Shown here in pieces: positions 48,339 through 61,061 of a stretch of DNA of 64,000 bases (positions within the stretch are counted from its first letter, which is position 1; every line of letters starts with the position of its first letter). The stretch is from Squalus acanthias (taxonomy: Eukaryota): assembly GCA_030390025.1 (NCBI GenBank), contig CM059425.1:165790001-165854000 (forward strand). Direction: 5' to 3'. The translations under genes were made by a program, and so were the position numbers. A model generated the notes under the pieces. That model worked only from the letters and a program-made list of their open reading frames with translations, was not told the origin of the DNA and did no database searches.

Positions 48339-51164
48339 TTTCAAATAAAACTGTTGGACTATAACCTGGTGTTGTGCGACTTCTCACATTTGTAGTTACT
48401 AGGATTGTCCTTACACCCTTTCTTGAACAATGGTGTCACATTTGCCACTTTCCAATCCTCAGGCACCTCCCCCACATCTAGGGAAGATTGGAAAATTATG
48501 GCAAGCCCTTCCGCTATCTCCTCCCCCAATTCCCTTAGCAACCTGGGATGCAAGCCATCTGGACCAGGCAATTTGTCCACTCTAAGCATACCCAGCCTTT
48601 CTAGTACATCCTGTCTATCAATTTTCACCCCTTCCATTGCTTCTACCTTTCCCACTTTTACTAATATTTTGTCAGCATCCACCTCCTTAGTAAACACCTA
48701 TACAAAGTACTCATTGAGTATTCTAGCCTTGCACTGCGTCTCTATGCATATATCACCTTCTTTGTCCCTAATAGGCCCCATCCCACCTCTTACTGCCCAC
48801 TTACTGTTTACATGCCAATAGAAGATTTTTGGGTTCCCTTTTATGTTAACCGCCATTCTACTCTTTTTTTGTTTCATCATCTTCTCTATCTCCCTCGTCA
48901 TCCAAGGAGCCCTTGCTTTGGTTCTCTTACCCTTCCCTCTTGTTGGAATGTACCTAGTCTGTACTTGGAACATTTCTTCCTTAAAGATTTCCCATTGTTC
49001 CGTTACAGTTTTTCCTGTCAGTCTTTGGTTCCATTTTACTCTGGCTAGATCCTTTCGCATCCCATTGAAGTTAGCCCTATTCTAGTTTAGAAGTTTCACT
49101 CTAGATTGTTCCTTGCTCCTCTCCATTGCTAATCTAAATCTTATGATACGATGATCATTCGTACCCAGGTGTTCTCCCACAGACACTTGGTCAAACTGGC
49201 CCATCTCATTTCCCCAGCACCAGATCTAGCAATGCCTCCTTCCTAGTTGGGCTAAGAACATACTGGTCAAGGAAATTCTCCTGAACACATTTCAGAAATT
49301 CCTCCCACTCCTTTCCCTTTACTCTAGCAGTATCCCAATTGATATTTGGGTAATTAAAATCCCCCAATATCACCACTCTGTAGCTCTTGCATATCTCTGT
49401 GACGTCCCTGCAAATTTGCTCTTCTACCTCCCTCTCACTATTTGGAGGCCTGTAGAATACCCTCAATAGTGTGATTATATCCTTTTTGCTCCTCAACTCT
49501 AACCAAATGGATTCTGTCCTTGTTCCCTCAAGAACATCCTCCCTTTCCAACACTACAATGTCTTCCTTAATCAGCACTGCCACCCCACCTCCCTTTTTTC
49601 CTTCCCTATCTTTTCTGAACACCTTGTACCCTTGAATATTAAGTGCCCAGTCCTCACCATTTTTAAGCCGCGTTTCCGTTATTGCCACAACATCATATTG
49701 CCACACGGCTAATTGTGCTTGTAGCTCACCAACCTTATTCACCACACTTTGTGCGTTTACGCTCATGCATTCCAAACCCATTTTTGAATTTTTCATAGTC
49801 TTTCTTAGTCTGCTCCTATCTAATCTGGTACTATTTTCGCCTCTAGTACTACTTTCTTCTCTAGTACTATCCAACACACTCACTCTTTTATGCACCTTAT
49901 TCCTCTTTTCTACTCCTATATGCTGGTGCCCATCCCCCTGCCAAGCTAGTTTAAACCCTCCCCAACAGCACTAGCAAACCTCCCCGTGAGAATATTGGTC
50001 CCGGCTCTGTCCGGCTTGTACAGGTTCCACCTTCCCCAGAAATGGTCCCAATGCCTCAGGATTCTAAAGCCCTCCCTCCTGCACCATCTCTCCAGCCACT
50101 CATTCATCTGTTCTATCCTCCTATTCCTGTACTCACTAGCATGTGGCACCGGAAGTAATCCGGAGATTACTACCTTTTGATGTCCTACTTTTTAATCTCT
50201 CTCCTAGCTCCCTATAGTCTGCCTGCAGGACCTCATCCCTCTTTCTGCCTATGTCGTTGGTACCGATATGGACAACGACCTCTGGCTGTTCACCCTCCCC
50301 CCTCAGAGTGTCCTGCATCCGCTCAGTGACATCCTTGACCCTGGCACTAGGGAGGCAACATACCATTCTGGAGTCACATCTGCGTCCACAGAAACGCCTA
50401 TCTGTTCCCCTAACCAATGAATCCCCTATCACTATTGCTCTTCCACTCTTCTTCCTCCCTCCTGTGCAGCTGAGCCACTCGTGGTGCTGTGGACTTGGAT
50501 CTGGCTGCTCTCCCCAGAGGAGCCATCACCCCCACCAGTTTCCAGAATTGTGAACCGGTTAGCAAGCAAGATGCACTCTTGGGACCGGTTAGCAAGCGAG
50601 ATGCACTCTGGGGATTCCTGCCCTACCTGCCTGGTCCTCCTTCTCTGTCTGGCGGTCACCCATTACCTCTCTGCCTGCACATTCTGAGGCTGCGGGGTGA
50701 CCACTTCTAGAAACGTGCTTTCCAAGTATTTCTCAGCCTCGCGGATGTACTGTAGTGACTCCAGCTGCCGCTCAAGCTCTGAACCCCGGAGCTCGAGTTG
50801 CTGCAGTTGGCGACACTTCCTGCACACGTGGTCGTCCAGGCCGCAAGAAGCGTCCAGGATTTCCCACATGGCACAGGATGTGCAAATCACGGGACTGAGC
50901 TGCCCTGCCATGCCTCTATTTACCAGACTATGGAGGTAATATAGCAGAAATAAACTGAACAAGAAACACTCAACAGCTACCCACCAATCAGCACTTCCCT
51001 CTATTAGATAGGTTATGACCTACTTAGCAGAAATATACTCAAACAGGACAAAAAAAAACTTACCACAAATACTCACCCTATACTCACCTCTCAGCTCCCT
51101 TGTGCCAGTGACACCTTTGAATTCTGACATCACTCCTTCATTGTGTCACTTGCTGACTGTCTCC

Positions 51165-51495
51165 CTCGCAGGTAGTCTGCTCGCTCAGACTCCCAGGTCT
51201 CTGCTCCACGCTGCCTTTATCCCCGGTCTCCTACTCCGTTCCTCCCGCAGGTACACTCGCTCAGACTCCCAGGTCTCTGCTCTGCACTGCCTTTATCCCC
51301 GGTCTCCTACTCCATTCCTCCCGTAGGTACACTCGCTCAGACTCCCAGGTCTTTGCTCCACGCTGCCTTTATCCCCGGTCTCCGAATCCATTCCTCCCAC
51401 AGGTCGGTTCTCCCAGACTCCCAGGTCTTTGCTCCACGCTGCCTTTATCCCCGGTCTCCAAATCCATTCCTCCCACAGGTGCCCTCGCTCAGACT
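51165..51495 (-). repeat. 76-bp tandem monomers in the CR1 5' UTR (about 4.3 copies)
   Basis: ctcgctcagactcccaggtct... recurs at 51180, 51256, 51332, about 51408 and 51484. Confidence 0.9.
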
Positions 51496-51999
51496 GAGTT
51501 TAACCAATTTATTACAAGAATACTTATTTTTCTTTTTGTTCCTTGCAGTATAATGTAGGGATGTGTTATAGGCAGCCATGTGAATTAACCTGACTACCCC
51601 TAACTGACAATGTTATCATGGCTTCTGGTCACCTCAGAAGCTGGATTACATCACACGTCTGACTGTGACTTTTCTTTCTTGCCTATGTAAAATTGTCACA
51701 ATTATTGTGCAATTGGGTGCCTGTGGAGGAAGTTTCTGATTGATCTGTGTCAGCGTGGCTGCCAGCGTGAATTTCCCTCAGTTGTTTTACTTTTAAATTT
51801 CAGACATGATGAGGTGTTACATACATAGATTTACAGCACAGAAACAGGCCATTCGGCCCAACTAGTCTGTGCCGGTGTTTATGCTCTACACGAGCACCTC
51901 CCATCCTACTTCATTTAATCCTATCAATATATCCTTCTAAATTTTATATAAATGCAAGCTTTTTTCTTTTATTCTAGCAGCAAGATGGAATAAACAAAA

Positions 52000-52435
52000 G
52001 AAAGACTTGCATTTATATAGCACCTTATCACAGCTCTGAGACATGTCTCCAAGTGCTGCACATGCATTAATTTTGAAGTGCAGTCACTGTGGTAATATAG
52101 ACAAATGGAGCAGCCAATTTGTACACATCAAAGTGCCACAAAAAGCAATGGCATGAATGACTGGATAATCTCTCTTGGTAGTGTTGGTTGAGTAATGAAT
52201 GTTGACCAGGTCACCAGGAGAACTATATCCGCTCTTCTTCAAATAATGCCATGAGATCTTTAATGGCCACTTGAATAGGCAGAATGCATCTCGGTTTAAC
52301 GTTTCATCCAAAGGATGCAGCACTTTCCCCATATAGCACTGAAATGTCATCTTAGATTACATGCTCAGTTCCTGAAATGGGATTTGAACTCAAAACCCTC
52401 CAACTCAGGCAAGTGTGCTGTCAACTGACCCAAGA
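52000..52435 (-). mobile_element. Diverged DeuSINE/SacSINE1-like SINE
   Basis: Reverse-complement tail (aagacttgcatttatatagc), Deu core (ctcggtttaacgtttcatcc) and B box (ggatttgaactc). Confidence 0.8.
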
Positions 52436-52494
52436 TGTGGGTGGGACAAGACAACATCATCACTAAAAAACAGAAAGCAAATACCTGTGAGATA

Positions 52495-52965
52495 TCCAAC
52501 AGCAAAAACTTGCATTTATATAGCGCCTTTAATGTAGTAAAACGTCCAAAGCACTTCACAGGAGCGTTATCAGACAAAATTTGACACCAAGCCACATAAG
52601 GATAATAGGACCAGTGACCAAAAGCTTGGTCAAAGAGGTAGGTTTTAAGGAGTGTTTAAAGAAGTAGAAAGGCAGAGAGGTTTGGAGAGGGAATTCCAGA
52701 GCTTAAGGCCTAGATAGCTGAAGGCATGGCTGCCAATGGAGAGGTGAAGGAAATCTGAGATGCATAAGAGACCAGATTTGGAGTAATGTAGAGTCCTCAG
52801 ATGGTTGTAGGGCTGGAGGAGGTCACAGAGATAGGGAGGGGCGAGATCATGGAGGATTTTGAACACAAGGATGAAAATTTAAAATTTGAGGCCTTGCTGG
52901 ACAGGAGGCCAATGTAGGTCAGCGAACATAGGGGTGATGGGTGAACGGGACTTGGTGCAAGTCAG
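52495..52965 (-). mobile_element. L2 LINE 3' end
   Basis: ORF 52645..52866 FKILHDLAPPYLCDLLQPY...AFSYLGLKLWNSL is an L2 ORF2 C-terminus; (TTG)n-like tail. Confidence 0.85.
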
Positions 52966-54119
52966 GATCCAACAATCTGTGCGAGTAACGCACAGACTTC
53001 GTGTAGAGTTGGGAATTATCAGGAGGAGTGGAGATCCTTTTTGCAGGTTCTCTCCACCACAGCTGAAGAGAACCTGTGATCAATAGATGCTCAAGGAGGT
53101 TTCAGCACCCCATTGCTCACCTAAACACTCCCAGGGACTACACGTTTTCCAAACCCCAAGGAGTGCCCAGCAAGCCTTTCATGCATCCTCACTGCCGGAT
53201 ATAAAGCCACTGCAAAGAAATGACTTGTGCCCTGTTAATGCTCAATGTGCATTAACCAAATCTCCAGAAGACTGTAAGGATCCATGGTGTATGTATCCTG
53301 GAAGTACCATAACCCACAATGTGCCAGGACCCAAGTAGGCATATAAACTTTCAGTAATGTGACAAAAATGTTTATAGAAGTATTAGCATTTGCACCAGCT
53401 TTCAACACTAGAAATACAAAGGGTATAGTTGTTGATTAAATACTAGTAAAGAATGTTTTTTATTGTACACGATTGTTTCACAGACTACTGCTATGCAGCT
53501 TATGTGTTAGGGCACATCAGAAAATTCTAAAGGCCTCCGTCGTACTTATATTCTATTTAATCACTCTAATGGCAATTGCCATGGTAACAGTGAAGGCTAT
53601 ACTTCTATATTGCTGAAATTGAGCTGCCTCTCAACCTGATCAAGCTTTCCTGAAAATAATTTGGCAGCTATCTGAACCACTGGCAGGTACAGTCTACTCT
53701 TACTCGAATAAACCTGGCGTATACAGTTGGTAAGTATGATGTGTTATGTGAGTGACAACAACAGTCATGGGGCTCAATTCACAAAAGCATTTCTGCTCAG
53801 TTTCCACTTGCCATTTAATTGCCTGTATGTACTAGTAACCTGGAAACTGGTATGTCCTTTTGGGATCATGCCTGGATCCCATAAGTAAGGGTTTAATTTT
53901 AGAAAAGGTCTGAATTCATTCAAAACCTTCAGGATCTATACAATCGTTGTTGACACCCCAAGTTTTTCCTTGTTGTTGAGAAGGTTTAAGATGATTGTAA
54001 AATGAGATCCTGCAAAGTGAAAGCGAGTTACAATGTCTTTTTCACACAGCTCCATTCACCTGTTACATTGTACAGTGTTTATGGTACTGCAGTTTTCAGC
54101 ATGGCTACTTCCTCTTTTA

Positions 54120-57100
54120 TGAGTAAACTTGCAAGGAACATAAAAGCGGATTGTAAAAGCTTCTACAAGTATGTAAAAAGAAAAAGATTAGAGAAGACAA
54201 ATGTAGGTCCCTTACAGTCAGAAACGGGAGAATTTATAATGGGAAACAAGGAAATGGCAGTGCAATTAAACAAATACTTTGGTTCTGTCTTCATGGAAGA
54301 GGACACAAATAACTTCCCAGAAATGCTAGGGAACCAAGGGTCTAGTGAGAAGGAGGAATTAAAGGAAATTAGTATTAGTAAAAAAATAGTGCTGGAGAAA
54401 TTAATGGGACTGAAAGCCGATAAATCCCCAGGGCCTGATAATCTGCATCCCAGAGTACTAAAAGAGGTCGCCATGGAAATAGGGGATGCATTGGTTGTCA
54501 TCTTCCAAAATTCTATAGATTATGGAACAGTTCCTGCAGATTGGAGGGTGGCAAATGTAACCCCACTATTTAAAAAAGGAGGGAAAGAGAAATATAAAAA
54601 GGAAGAGGGTAGCTAAAGTAAACGTTGGTCCCTTAGAGGATGAGACTGGGGAATTAATAATGGGGAACGGGGAAATGGCAGAGACTCTGAACAAATATTT
54701 TGCATCTGTCTTCACTGTAGAAGACACGAACAACATCCCAATAATGCATAATCAAGGGGCCACAGGGAGTGGGGAACTAAAGACAATCACTAAGGAAATA
54801 ATGGGACTAAAAGACGACAAGTCCCCTGGACCAGATGGCCTGCATTCCAGGGTCTTAAAAGAAGTGGCTGCAGAGATAGTGGATGCATTGGTTGCAATAT
54901 ACCAAAATTCCCTGGACTCTGGAGAGGTCCCAGCGGATTGGAAAACCACTAATGTAACACCCCTATTTAAGAAAGGAGGGAGACAGAAAGCAGGAAACTA
55001 TAGACCAGTTAGCCTAACATCTGTCATTGGGAAAATGCTGGAGTCCTTCATTAAGGAAGCAGTAGCAGGGCATTTAGAAAAACATACTGCAGTCAAACAG
55101 AGTCAGCATGGTTTTAGGAAAGGGAAATCATGTTTAACAAATTTGCTGGAGTTCTTTGAGGATGTAACAAGCAGGGTGGACAAGGGTGAGCCAGTGGATG
55201 TGGTGTATTTGGATTTCCAGAAGGCATTCGATAAGGTGCCACATAAAAGGTTACTGCATAAGATAAGAGCTCACGGAGTTGGGGGTAATATATTAGCATG
55301 GATAGAGAATTAGCTAACTAACAGAAAGCAGAGAGTCGGGATAAATGGGTCATTTTCTGGTTGGCAAATGGTAACTAGTGGGGTGCCACAAGGATCAGTG
55401 CTGGGGCCCCAACTATTTACAATCTACATTAATGATTTGGATGAAGGGATCGAGTGTAATGTAGCCAAGTTTGCGGATGATACAAAGATGGGTGGGAAAG
55501 CAAGTTGTGCAGAGGACTCAAAGAATCTGCAAAGGGATATAGACAGGCTAGGTGAGTGGGCAAACATTTGGCAGATGGAGTATAATGTGGGAAAGTGCGA
55601 GGTTATCCACTTTGGCAGGAAAAATAAAAAAGCAAACTATTATTTAAATGGAGAGAGATTACAAAATGCTACAGTTCAGAGGGACCTGGGGGTCCTTGTG
55701 CATGAAACACAAAGTTAGCATGCAGGTACAGCAAGTAATCAAAAAGGCAAATGGAATGTTGGTCTTTATTTCAAGGGGGTTGGAGTATAAAAGCAGGGAA
55801 GTCCTGCTACAACTGTACAAGGTATTGGTGAGACCACACCTTGAGTACTGCGTACAGTTTTGGTCTCCTTATTTAAGGAAGGATATACTTGCATTGGAAG
55901 CAGTTCAGAGACGATTCACTAGGTTAATTCCAGAGATGAGGGGTTTGACTTATGAGGAAAGGTTGAGCAGGCTGGGCCTATACTCATTGGAATTTAGAAG
56001 AATGAGAGGTGATCTTATCGAAACATATAAGATACTGAGGGGGCTCGACAGGGTAAATGCAGAGAGGATGTTGCCCCTCATGGGGAAATCTAGAACTCGG
56101 GGGCACAGTCTCCGAATAAAGGGTCGCCCTTTTAGAACTGAGATGAGGAGGAACTTCTTCTCTCAGAGGGTCGTAAATTTGTGGAATTCTCTGCCCCAGA
56201 GAGCTGTGGAGGCTGGGTCATTAAATACATTTAAAGTGGAGATAGACAAATTTTTGCAAGATAAGGGAGTGAAGGGTTATGGGGAGCGGGCTGGGAAGTG
56301 GCTTTGAGCCCTAGATCAGCCATGATCTTATTGAATGGCGGAGCAGGCTCGAGGGGCCAAGTGGCCTATTCCTGCTCCTATTTCTTATGTTCTTAAAACA
56401 GGGAACTACAGACCGGTTAGCCTAACATCAGTAGTAGGGAAAATGCTAGAGTCTATTGTAAAGGATGTGATAACAGGACACTTAGAAAATATCAACGGGA
56501 TTAGACAAAGTCAACATGGATTTATGAAAGGAAAATTGTGTTTGACAGATCTACTGGAGTTTTTTGAGGACGTAACTGGTAGAATAGATAAGGGAGAACC
56601 AGTGGATGTGGTGTATTTGGATTTTCAGAAGGCCTTTGATAAAGTCCCACATAAGAGGTTCATGTGCAAAATTAAAGCACATGGGATTGGGGGTAATATA
56701 CTGACATGGATTGAAAATTGGTTAACAGACAGGAAACAGAGAGTATGGGTCTTTTTTGGGGTGGCAGGCGGTGACTAGTGGGGTACCGCAGGTATCAGTG
56801 CTTGGGCCCCAGCTATTCACTATATATATCAATGATTTGGATGAGGGAACCAAATGTAATATTTCCAGGTTTGCTGACGACACGAAACTAGGTGGGATTG
56901 TGAGTTGTGAGGAGGATGCAAAGAGGCTTCAAGGCGATTTAGACAAGTTGAGTGAGTCGGCAAATACATGGCAGATGCAGTATAACGTGGATAAATGTGA
57001 AGTTATCCACTTCGGTAAGAAAAACAGAAAGGCAGAGTATTATTTAAATGGTGATAGATTGGGAAATGTTGATGTACAGAGGGACCTGGGTGTCCTTGTA

Positions 57101-57790
57101 CACCAGTCACTGAAAGCAAACATGCAGGTGCAGCAAGCAGTTGGGAAGGCAAATGGTATGTTGGCCTTCATTGCAAAAGGATTTGAGTACAGGAGCAAGG
57201 ATGTCTTACTACAGTTATACAGGGCCTTGGGGGAGTACTGTGTGCAGTTTTGGTCTCCTTACCTAAGAAAGGATATACTTGCCATAGAGGGAGTGCAGCG
57301 AAGGTTCACCAGACGAATTCGTGGGATGGCAGGACTGTCTTATGAGGAGAGATTGGGTCGACTAGGCCGGTATTCACTAGAGTTTAGAAGAATGAGAGGG
57401 GATCTCATTGAAACGTATAAAATTCTGACACGGCTAGATAGACTGGATGCAGGGAGGATGTTTCCCCTGGCTGGGGGGGTCTAGAACGAGGGGTCACAGT
57501 CTCAGGATATGGGGTAGGACATTTAGGACTGAGATGAGGAGATATTTCTTCACTCAGAGGGTGGTGAACCTGTGGAATTCTCTACCACAGAAGGCTGTGG
57601 AGGCCAAGTCACTCAATATATTTAAGAAGGAGATAGATAGATTTCTAGACACAAAAGGCATCAAGGGGTATGGGGAGAGAGTGGGAATATGGTATTGAGA
57701 TAGAGGATCAGCCATGATCATATTGAATGGCGGAGCAGGCTCGAAGGACCGAATGGCCTGCTCATGCTCCTATTTTTCTATGTTTCTGTG
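54120..57790 (+). mobile_element. CR1 LINE (outer copy), split at about 54590/56396 by a second CR1
   Basis: The reading frame stops at ...VTPLFKKGGKEK and resumes at KTGNYRPVSLTS (about 56396); then RT motifs and 3' tail to about 57790. Confidence 0.9.
54591..56395 (+). mobile_element. CR1 LINE (inner, nested copy)
   Basis: Has its own RT motifs (KSPGPDG, NYRPVSLTS, YLDFQKAFDKV, GVPQGSVLGP, FADDTK) and its own 3' UTR and tail (tttcttatgttctt). Confidence 0.9.
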
Positions 57791-58404
57791 TTTACTGTAG
57801 GACTATACTTGGGCACTGCTTGAATCACGGCTCAGCATCATAGTTTTCACTAAAGTCTGTACACTGTATGGAACACATGGCTGAAAGTACAAAGATTTCT
57901 TGAAGGAACAAGATGGCTGCTGGGCTGGCAGCCCCTTTCTGAGCTGCTGTACTCTTCATCCGTATCCCTGGTCATCCATTGCCATCCTTTGCCCTTCTTC
58001 CCCCAATCTCCTCTCTTCAATTGCTTAAGATACCCTGCCTCTGATAGTGAAGGCATTTCAGCCCAAACTACAAGTTCAAACTACAAGTTTAAAGCTACCC
58101 CTGCAGAGTCCACTGCCCATCCCCCGGCGTCTTTTGTTCTCACTGAGCTCTTTCAACTGCTGGGCCTCTGCTGAAATTTGACCTCCATCACTGGATTCCT
58201 CGTGGACAGGACTTCATTGACTACACGGATTGACTCAGCGGCTGTAGCGCTGCTCTGTTTTTCAGTCACTCAGGTTTTAAGCTGCAGAATTCTTTAGTCA
58301 AATTAGTTTCCGATCTCCTGGACTTCTCTGGACGTCTAGACTACGTTTCTGCTTTGAACTACATTGGATTACACTATGTTTCTGCACTGGATTACACAGT
58401 AAGA

Positions 58405-59172
58405 CTTTTTTTAATTTGTTTTTTATGGGATGTGAGCGTCGCTGGCGAGGCCAGCATTTATTTCCCATCCCTAATTGCCCTTGAGAAGGTGGTGGTGAGC
58501 CGCCGCCTTGAACCGCTGCAGTCCGTGTGGTGAAGGTACTCCCACAGTGCTGTTAGGTAAGGAGTTTGACCCAGCGACGATGAAGGATCGGCGATATACT
58601 TCTAAGTCAGGATGGTGGGGAACTTGGAGGTGGTGGTAGTCCCATGCGCCTGCTGCCCTTGTCCTTCTAGGTTGAAGAGGTCGCGGGTTTGGGAGGTGCT
58701 GTCGAAGAAGCCTTGGCAAGTTGATGCAGTGCATCTTGTAGATGGTACACACTGCAGCCACGGTACACCGGTGGTGGAGGGAGTGAATGTTTAAGGTGGT
58801 GCCAATCACGCGGGCTGCTTTGTCCTGGATGGTGTCGAGCTTCTTGAGTGTTGTTGAAGCTGCACTCATCCAGGCATGTGGAGAGTATTCCATCACACTC
58901 CTTACTTGTGCTTTGTAGATGGTAGAAAGGCTTTGGGGAGTCAGGAGGTGAGACACTAGCCATAGAATACCTAGCCTCTGACCTGCTCTTGTTGCCACAG
59001 TATTTATGTGGCTGGTCCAGTTAAGTTTCTGGTCAATGGTGACCCCCAGGGTGTTGATGGTGGGGGATTCGGCAATGGTAATGCCGTTGAATGTCATGGG
59101 GAGGTGGTTAGACTCTCACTTGTTGGAGATAGTCATTGTCTGGCACTTGTGTGGCGTGAATGTTACCTGCCA
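58405..59172 (-). mobile_element. LINE family A, 5'-truncated
   Basis: ORF 58471..59097 LGVTIDQKLNWTSHINTVATRAGQRLG...YKAQVRSVMEYS; family A 3' UTR. Confidence 0.9.
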
Positions 59173-59197
59173 CTGCTCTTGTTGCCACAGTATTCAT

Positions 59198-59342
59198 TGG
59201 GCCGGGAAATGCCCTGGGCGGGCTTAACAAGCTCCATCAACGTAAATTCGTTTTCCAGAGCAGGATGGAGTCAGCAGCGGGGCCACGACCCGCCACCGAC
59301 ATCGCCCGCCCCGGACCTACCAAGATGAAGAAAATCCTGGCC
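59198..59342. mobile_element. Right end of a GC-rich Harbinger-type MITE
   Basis: CpG-rich segment ending AAAATCCTGGCC followed by AAT; the left TIR was not found. Confidence 0.45.
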
Positions 59343-59371
59343 AATATCTCCAGCACAAGTATCCAACCCAG

Positions 59372-59600
59372 AACAACAGCAATAACTTGTATTTATATAG
59401 CGCCTTTAACGTAGTAAAATGTCCTAAGGCGCTGCACAGGAGTATTTTAAGACAAAAAATTTGACACCGATACACATAAGGATAAATTAGGGCAGGTGAC
59501 CAAAAGCTTGGTCAAAGAGGTAGGTTTTAAGGAGCATCTTAAAGGAGGAAAGCGAGGCGAAGAGGTTTAGGCAGGGAATTCCAGAGCTTAGGGCCTAGGC
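59372..59600 (-). mobile_element. L2 LINE 3' end
   Basis: Matches 52495-52710 (atttatatagcgcctttaacgtagtaaaa...gtgaccaaaagcttggtcaaagaggtagg). Confidence 0.85.
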
Positions 59601-59619
59601 CATAAACAATCCCATAAAC

Positions 59620-60904
59620 AATTTTTTTTTTTAAATGAGGTGGAGCGGGTCTGGTGACATCATTCATAACGTGTCATCAGCCGGTTTCCTTAAAGGGACC
59701 ATGGCCAACTTTCTTTTGACATTTGTGCTGTCCATGTTCTGCAGCATTGAAGTGCTGCAAACACTTACAATCACTGCACAGAAGCAGAGGGCTGCACCCA
59801 GGTTCTCCCATGACTCCCTCCATAAGCTTATGGAGGGAGCCAGAGCACGCAAGGAGGTCCTCTTCCCTTCCAATGGCTGGAAGAGACCTCCTCAGGAGAA
59901 CAAAACAGCCTGGTTGCACATTTCACAGGAGGGCACAAGCAGGGATGTCATCAGGAGGACCTGGGTGCAGTGGCGCAAACCTTTCAATTATCTCATTAGA
60001 TCAGGAAATGTCAGTACAAAGCCACACTCGCCTTCATCCTGCTGTGCCACTCATCACATCCCCATCACTCGCCTTCCCTACCCTACACCTGCACATCCTT
60101 ACTCACACCAACTTACCTTGCACCTCCACCCATCCCTCTCTATCTGCGTTATCACATCCCCATCTCACTAGCCACTCCTCACACTCACCCTCATCCTAGT
60201 CCAGTCATATCAACTAACAACACACAAGGGTAGCCACTTGGGTGTTTTATCCAATGTTCATGTAAAGTTTCTGCTAATGTGCTGTCAAACATTGAAACCA
60301 TTATTTTCAACACTTTCTGTTCTTGGACAGTTTGTGTGCACCTTTGGAAGTGGCTTAGTGAGTTTCAGTAAATGGTGAGACACAACGGTACTCCCCGCAA
60401 TGGTGGTGAGTGTGAAAGGAATGGCTTGGACAATGTAAGAATGCTTTATGGTGTTGGTGTGGGGTGGTGCCAATCTGGCGCATCATGTGGCAGCCAGGGT
60501 GTACAGCATCAAGTGAAGTAAATCTGGCCAAGGTGTGGCCATCCCTGGCCTCCTGGGCAGCAATGTGCTCGGGTGCTGATGCCCTCTGTTCTGTGCAGCA
60601 TCAGGTGATTGCGGAGAAGGTTGTTGTTGTTGTTCGTGCCGCTGGTGTTTGGGCTGATCGTGGTCGGATTATGAGGACCAAGGTGAGACAGTATAAAGGG
60701 CACCCATATTGATGTAATAGATGGCAGGTGAAGTAGAGATGACAGAAGCGATCTGTCAATGGTGAGAGAGTTCTTCAATGAGGATGGAGAGTGAAAGCCT
60801 GCAGATTCTGTGCTGGAAATGGACTGAGAAACAGCGTGTGGCTGAGGAAAGTGATGATCTGTTAGGTGCGAGCTTTTACTGTACATTTGTAGCTGTCAAG
60901 TAAT
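59620..60904. mobile_element. PIF/Harbinger fragment (Myb exon on +, probable transposase C-terminus on -), cut by a CR1 insertion
   Basis: + strand RAAPRFSHDSLHKLMEGARARKEVLFP...TAWLHISQE...RRTWVQWRKPFNYLIRSG, then a GTCAGT donor-like site; - strand EHIAAQEARDGHTLARF at about 60520-60570. Confidence 0.75.
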
Positions 60905-60917
60905 CAGCTGGAGCAAT

Positions 60918-61061
60918 GGCGGCGGACCTGGGTGGAGCGACAGCGGTGAGGCGGCGGCTGTAAAAGGCGGCAGTGACCAGGTAGGCCCACAGAGGCGGCG
61001 GACCTGGTGGAGCGACAGCGGCGAGGCGGCGGCTGTAAAAGGCGGCAGTGACCAGGTAGGC
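60918..61061 (+). repeat. Two tandem monomers of about 75 bp in the CR1 5' UTR
   Basis: ggcggcggacctgg(g)tggagcgacagcgg.gaggcggcggctgtaaaaggcggcagtgaccaggtaggc occurs twice. Confidence 0.9.

Larger units (their letters stand above)
48172..48390. mobile_element. Penelope-like element terminal fragment with inverted duplication
   Basis: 12-bp TSD tgtagttactag (48160-48171 and 48391-48402); 92-bp inverted arms (48208-48299 and 48302-48393) with 2 mismatches; hammerhead motif in each arm. Confidence 0.8.
46781..51495 (-). mobile_element. Near full-length but disrupted CR1 LINE
   Basis: In order on the minus strand: tandem-repeat 5' UTR; ORF1 (CTSC...CRKC zinc finger, leucine zipper, IGDSLVRG / HIGTNDIG SGNH esterase); ORF2 APE (ITET, YRPPN, GDFN, LLDL); RT motifs; 3' tail. 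Many stops, frameshifts and deletions. Confidence 0.95.

Noticed and set aside
51165..51495. Regularly spaced repeats superficially like a CRISPR array
   Set aside because: The whole 76-bp unit repeats with no unique spacers; it is a CR1 5' UTR in a vertebrate genome.
53480..58340. Sequence flanking the nested CR1s as a possible decayed piggyBac-like or other coding remnant, plus an RFX X-box-like ATTGCCATGGTAAC at 53575-53588
   Set aside because: No catalytic motifs, TIRs or TTAA TSD were identified, and a single motif match is not evidence of function.
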